Origin: Raja brachyura
Lineage: Eukaryota
Length of the DNA stretch: 64,000 nucleotides
Direction of reading: 5' to 3'
Assembly (NCBI GenBank): GCA_963514005.1
Contig: OY740805.1
Span: 42,098,001-42,162,000 of the forward strand
Shown here: in pieces, positions 60,764 to 64,000 of the stretch
Numbering within the stretch: the first letter of the stretch is position 1
How the letters are laid out: each line of letters begins with the position of its first letter
Translations under genes and position numbers: made by a program
The notes under the pieces: model-generated
Told to the model about the DNA's origin: nothing
The model's database searches: none
Seen by the model: only the letters and a program-made list of their open reading frames with translations

Positions 60764-62333
60764 CTAGAAGGGAAATGCGTACACTCGTATCAGATGTCCC
60801 AGCGCTTGAGATCCGGAGCTACAGCGAGATATTCGGCCGGTTGACTTAATTCCTTGGAGAGCAGGAGGCTGAAGGGTGATCTTATAGAGGTGTGCTAAAC
60901 CATGACGTGAATAGAGAGGGTGAGTGCACAATCTTTTACCCAGTATAATCAAGAATTAGAGGGCGCAGGCTTAAGGTGAGGGGGGCAAGATTTAATGCAA
61001 ATCTCAGGGGCAACGTTTTCACACAAAGGGTGATGGGAATATGGAACCAGCTGCCAGAGGAGGTAGTTGAGGCAGGTACTATAATATCATTAAAAATACA
61101 ATTGGATAGGGATGCGGATAGGAAAGGTTTGGAGGTAGTTTGAGTTTATATTTTACCAGTAGCATTTTGTCTGGCAAGCCAGTTTCAGAACCCTTTCTCT
61201 GGTGAAATGTGCGCCGATCTGGGAAGCGCCCTCGACCGCTATCCCCGCCAACGGGTGTCACGGGGACAGAGGTTTATAATGATAAAGGTCGATCTTCTCA
61301 TTAAGCAGGGCCATGGTTGGGAATGGTTCGTATCACTTCACAGGCTGGCCGTCTAGTGAGTGATGTGTCCAAGTAACTCGCACAAGAACCAACTCACACA
61401 AATAGCGTGTTTACTGAGATCTCAGCCGCTGCTATGAACCGACATGAAACACGGGGCATCCATATCATAAAATAATGTGTAGATTTCATCTTCAGTAATG
61501 TCACAGCACAGCAGCAAACTTCCGGTTCCGATCTCGCCCCTGTCACGGGCATTTGAATAAGTTGATGGAGATGACTGATGTTTGTGGGGGTGGTGGGGGG
61601 TGGGGGGGGGGGGGGGGGGGGTGAGGGGGGGGGGTCTTTTATTCTGAACCAGCATCTGCAATTCCTTGTTTCCTCATTGGGACCGTATGGAAAGGCATTG
61701 AACTTGCTCCCACTAAGACAGGAGGAGCGGGAGGTGGAACTGAATCTATCAGCTATCCCAACGCACTAGTAGTCTCCTCCCAGCGGCAACGAGTCAATAA
61801 CCCCATCTCCCCATCCACTGCATCAACAACCAGCCCCAGCTGCCCATCACTTGCCGAATGTTAGGGTTCATTCCTGAGGTATCCCACACCTAATCTGTTA
61901 TAGACCCTGTGTGTAGGAGGGAACCGCAGATGCAGGTGAACACCGCAGATAGACACAAAATGCGGGAGTAACTCGGCGGGTCAGGCAGCATCTCAGGAGA
62001 GAAGGGACGGGTGACCTTTCGGGTCGAGGCCCTTCTTCAGACTGAGAGTCGGGTGAAGGGAGACTAGAGATATAGAAGGGTAAAGTGTGAAAACGACAGA
62101 TCAAAGCAGACGTTGAACAAGGAAATGTAGAATGGTTCATTGTTAGCGGAGGGGATGGTGACAATGAGGCATACAATCAGCAAAATTATTCAGGACGGTG
62201 AAACTTGTCGAAGAACTAGGGTGTGGCGGTACAGAGAGAGGGAACGGTTACTGAGTTTACTGAGTGTATGCCTCCTGCATTTCCGTGTGCCAACTTCTCT
62301 CTTTTATAGATGGTTATCCAGGTTCCCACATAC

Positions 62334-62618
62334 TTGATATCTGGAGATGGGCCTCTCGTGTTTCGCCCAGTCTTTTATTTCGTATGTAACAGGAATACCT
62401 GTTCACAGAATCACTTGTTACATCGATGTGACTGTGGACAGTGATCAGCCCGCTGGAGTCCTCAGTGAACAGTGTGTCAGACCGTGCTGTCACACCTTGT
62501 CCACTCCCATCCAGCCACCGCATCTCCGGCTTGGGAAACCATCCATCCGATTTACACACCACACCCACTCCTTGCGTGGTGCTTTCCTCCAAGCGGATCC
62601 GGGGCCGTAGTCTAAATC
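62334..62618 (-). CDS. IgC exon (285 nt, open) of BTN-like gene C; its IgV exon is expected beyond the window end
   Basis: gattgcag|GFRLRPRI..CKSDGWFPKPEMRW..YSCYIR..LQIS|gtatgt; 81/95 aa identical to gene A IgC. Confidence 0.92.
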
Positions 62619-62879
62619 CTGCAATCGGGACGTAATCGGTAAACACGATTGTTACACGTGTAATCTGGCATGGAAAGGGTTTTCCGTGTGTCGGGTCAGT
62701 GAGCAGCAGAGGATGCCTGGTGCCTGAAGAGCCACAGCGAGCAGCGATGGGAACTCCAACGATCAATGGTTGGGTCACCGGGTAGCGCCGCGTTGCCGCC
62801 CCATCTGCTCGTTGTCACCTTCTCCTTTAGCTGACAATGATCCGTTCTACATTTTCCTTGGTCCGCGTCCCCTTTAGAC

Positions 62880-63630
62880 ATTAGACAATAAACAATAGGT
62901 GCAGGAGTAGGCCATTCAGCCCTTCGAGACAGCACCGCCATTCAATGTGATCATGGCTGATCATCCCCAATCAGTACCCCGTTCCTGCCTTCTCCGCATA
63001 TCCCCTGACTCCGTTATTCAGCTCTCTATACTTCCATAAGAGCCCTGTTTAGCTCCCTCTTGAAAGTATCCAAAGAACCGGCTTCCACCGCCCTCTGAGG
63101 CAGAGAATTCCACAGACTTTGATTTCTCTTCTTCACACCTAACCCTTCCATATCTCTGACTCCATCTCCCATGATTCGCAGTCTGAAGGATCTCGACCCG
63201 AAACGTCACCCTGTAGCGGCACCTAGTGGCTAATCGGTGTATGACAGAACCCAAGTCAGAGGCCGGGTCTGTAACGTGACAGGGTTGGTGCGCGGTATGT
63301 CACGTAGAAACATAGAAAATAGGTGCAGGAGGCCATTCGGCCCTTCAAGCCAGCACTGCCATTCAATGTGATCATGGCTGATCGTCCACAATCAATAACC
63401 CGTGCCTGCCTTCTTCCCATATCCCTTGATTCCACTAGCTCCTGGAGCTCTATCTAACTCCCTCTTAAATCCATCCAGTGACTTGGCCTCCACTGCCCTC
63501 TGTGACAGCGAATTCCACAAATTCACAACTCTCTGGGTGAAAAAGTGTTTTCTCACCTCAATCTTAAATGGCCTCCCGTTTATTCTAAGACTGTGGCCCC
63601 TGGTTCTGGACTCACCCAACATTGGGAACA
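62880..63630 (-). mobile_element. Two CR1 3' tail fragments (about 62880-63120 and 63305-63630)
   Basis: ORF 63392..63658 (RTRGHSL..FFTQRVVNLWNSL). Confidence 0.8.
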
Positions 63631-64000
63631 TAGGGAGGTTGCACGGCAGTCGGGTCACGACCCATGACCCGTACTGTTGCTAAAGCCTGTTAAAACCCGC
63701 CGAAATTGTCAATTTTTGCGCTGTAAATAATTATGGAAATCGGGATAAGCGTGAGAGACATTTAGCCTACTTCAGAATTCCAAAAGTGAGGCGAGATGAT
63801 GGTTGATAGAAGCGAGAGCTGAAGGGACAACAACAGCCAAAGTGCTTGGCGAACATTGGCCGTTTGCTCATTGCATTTCATCAACAGTAAGGCATTATTT
63901 GTGGAGTTTTTCTTGATTTCTTTGGCATCCAAAAAGTTTCAGAAGTGATAAATCTGGCTGTAAAATTTTAAAATCGCCCATGGTTCTGAAGTGGGTTTTT

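Overview
Repeat-dense vertebrate genomic DNA, almost certainly a cartilaginous fish such as a skate or ray (inferred from HE1/V-SINE-like SINEs, CR1 and Penelope families, and the B30.2 sequence style). It is not prokaryotic. Positions 1-11.5 kb are a nest of retroelements: a decayed DIRS element carrying two Penelope-like (RT + GIY-YIG) insertions with 14-bp TSDs and a young full-length Gypsy LTR element. The Gypsy element has 172-bp LTRs differing at 1 base, a 5-bp TSD, a tRNA-Leu PBS and an open gag-pol, but a catalytic RT Asp is changed to His. Positions 15.5-63 kb hide a minus-strand tandem cluster of at least three butyrophilin (BTN/BTNL)-like genes or pseudogenes. Their exons can be read from splice sites: IgV 348 nt, IgC 285 nt, TM 120-126 nt, 27-nt micro-exons and a terminal B30.2/PRY-SPRY exon. 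The cluster has been reshuffled by a segmental duplication, a CR1-associated deletion and a 1.8-kb microhomology-flanked inversion that flips one IgV exon onto the + strand. The Penelope family carries a minimal hammerhead-ribozyme motif that is scattered about 10 times through the window. The rest is CR1 and Rex1/Babar-like LINE fragments, SINEs, two copies of a palindromic non-autonomous hAT element, minisatellites, a probable solo LTR and a CpG-rich segment. TE fragment boundaries are approximate unless TSDs are quoted.
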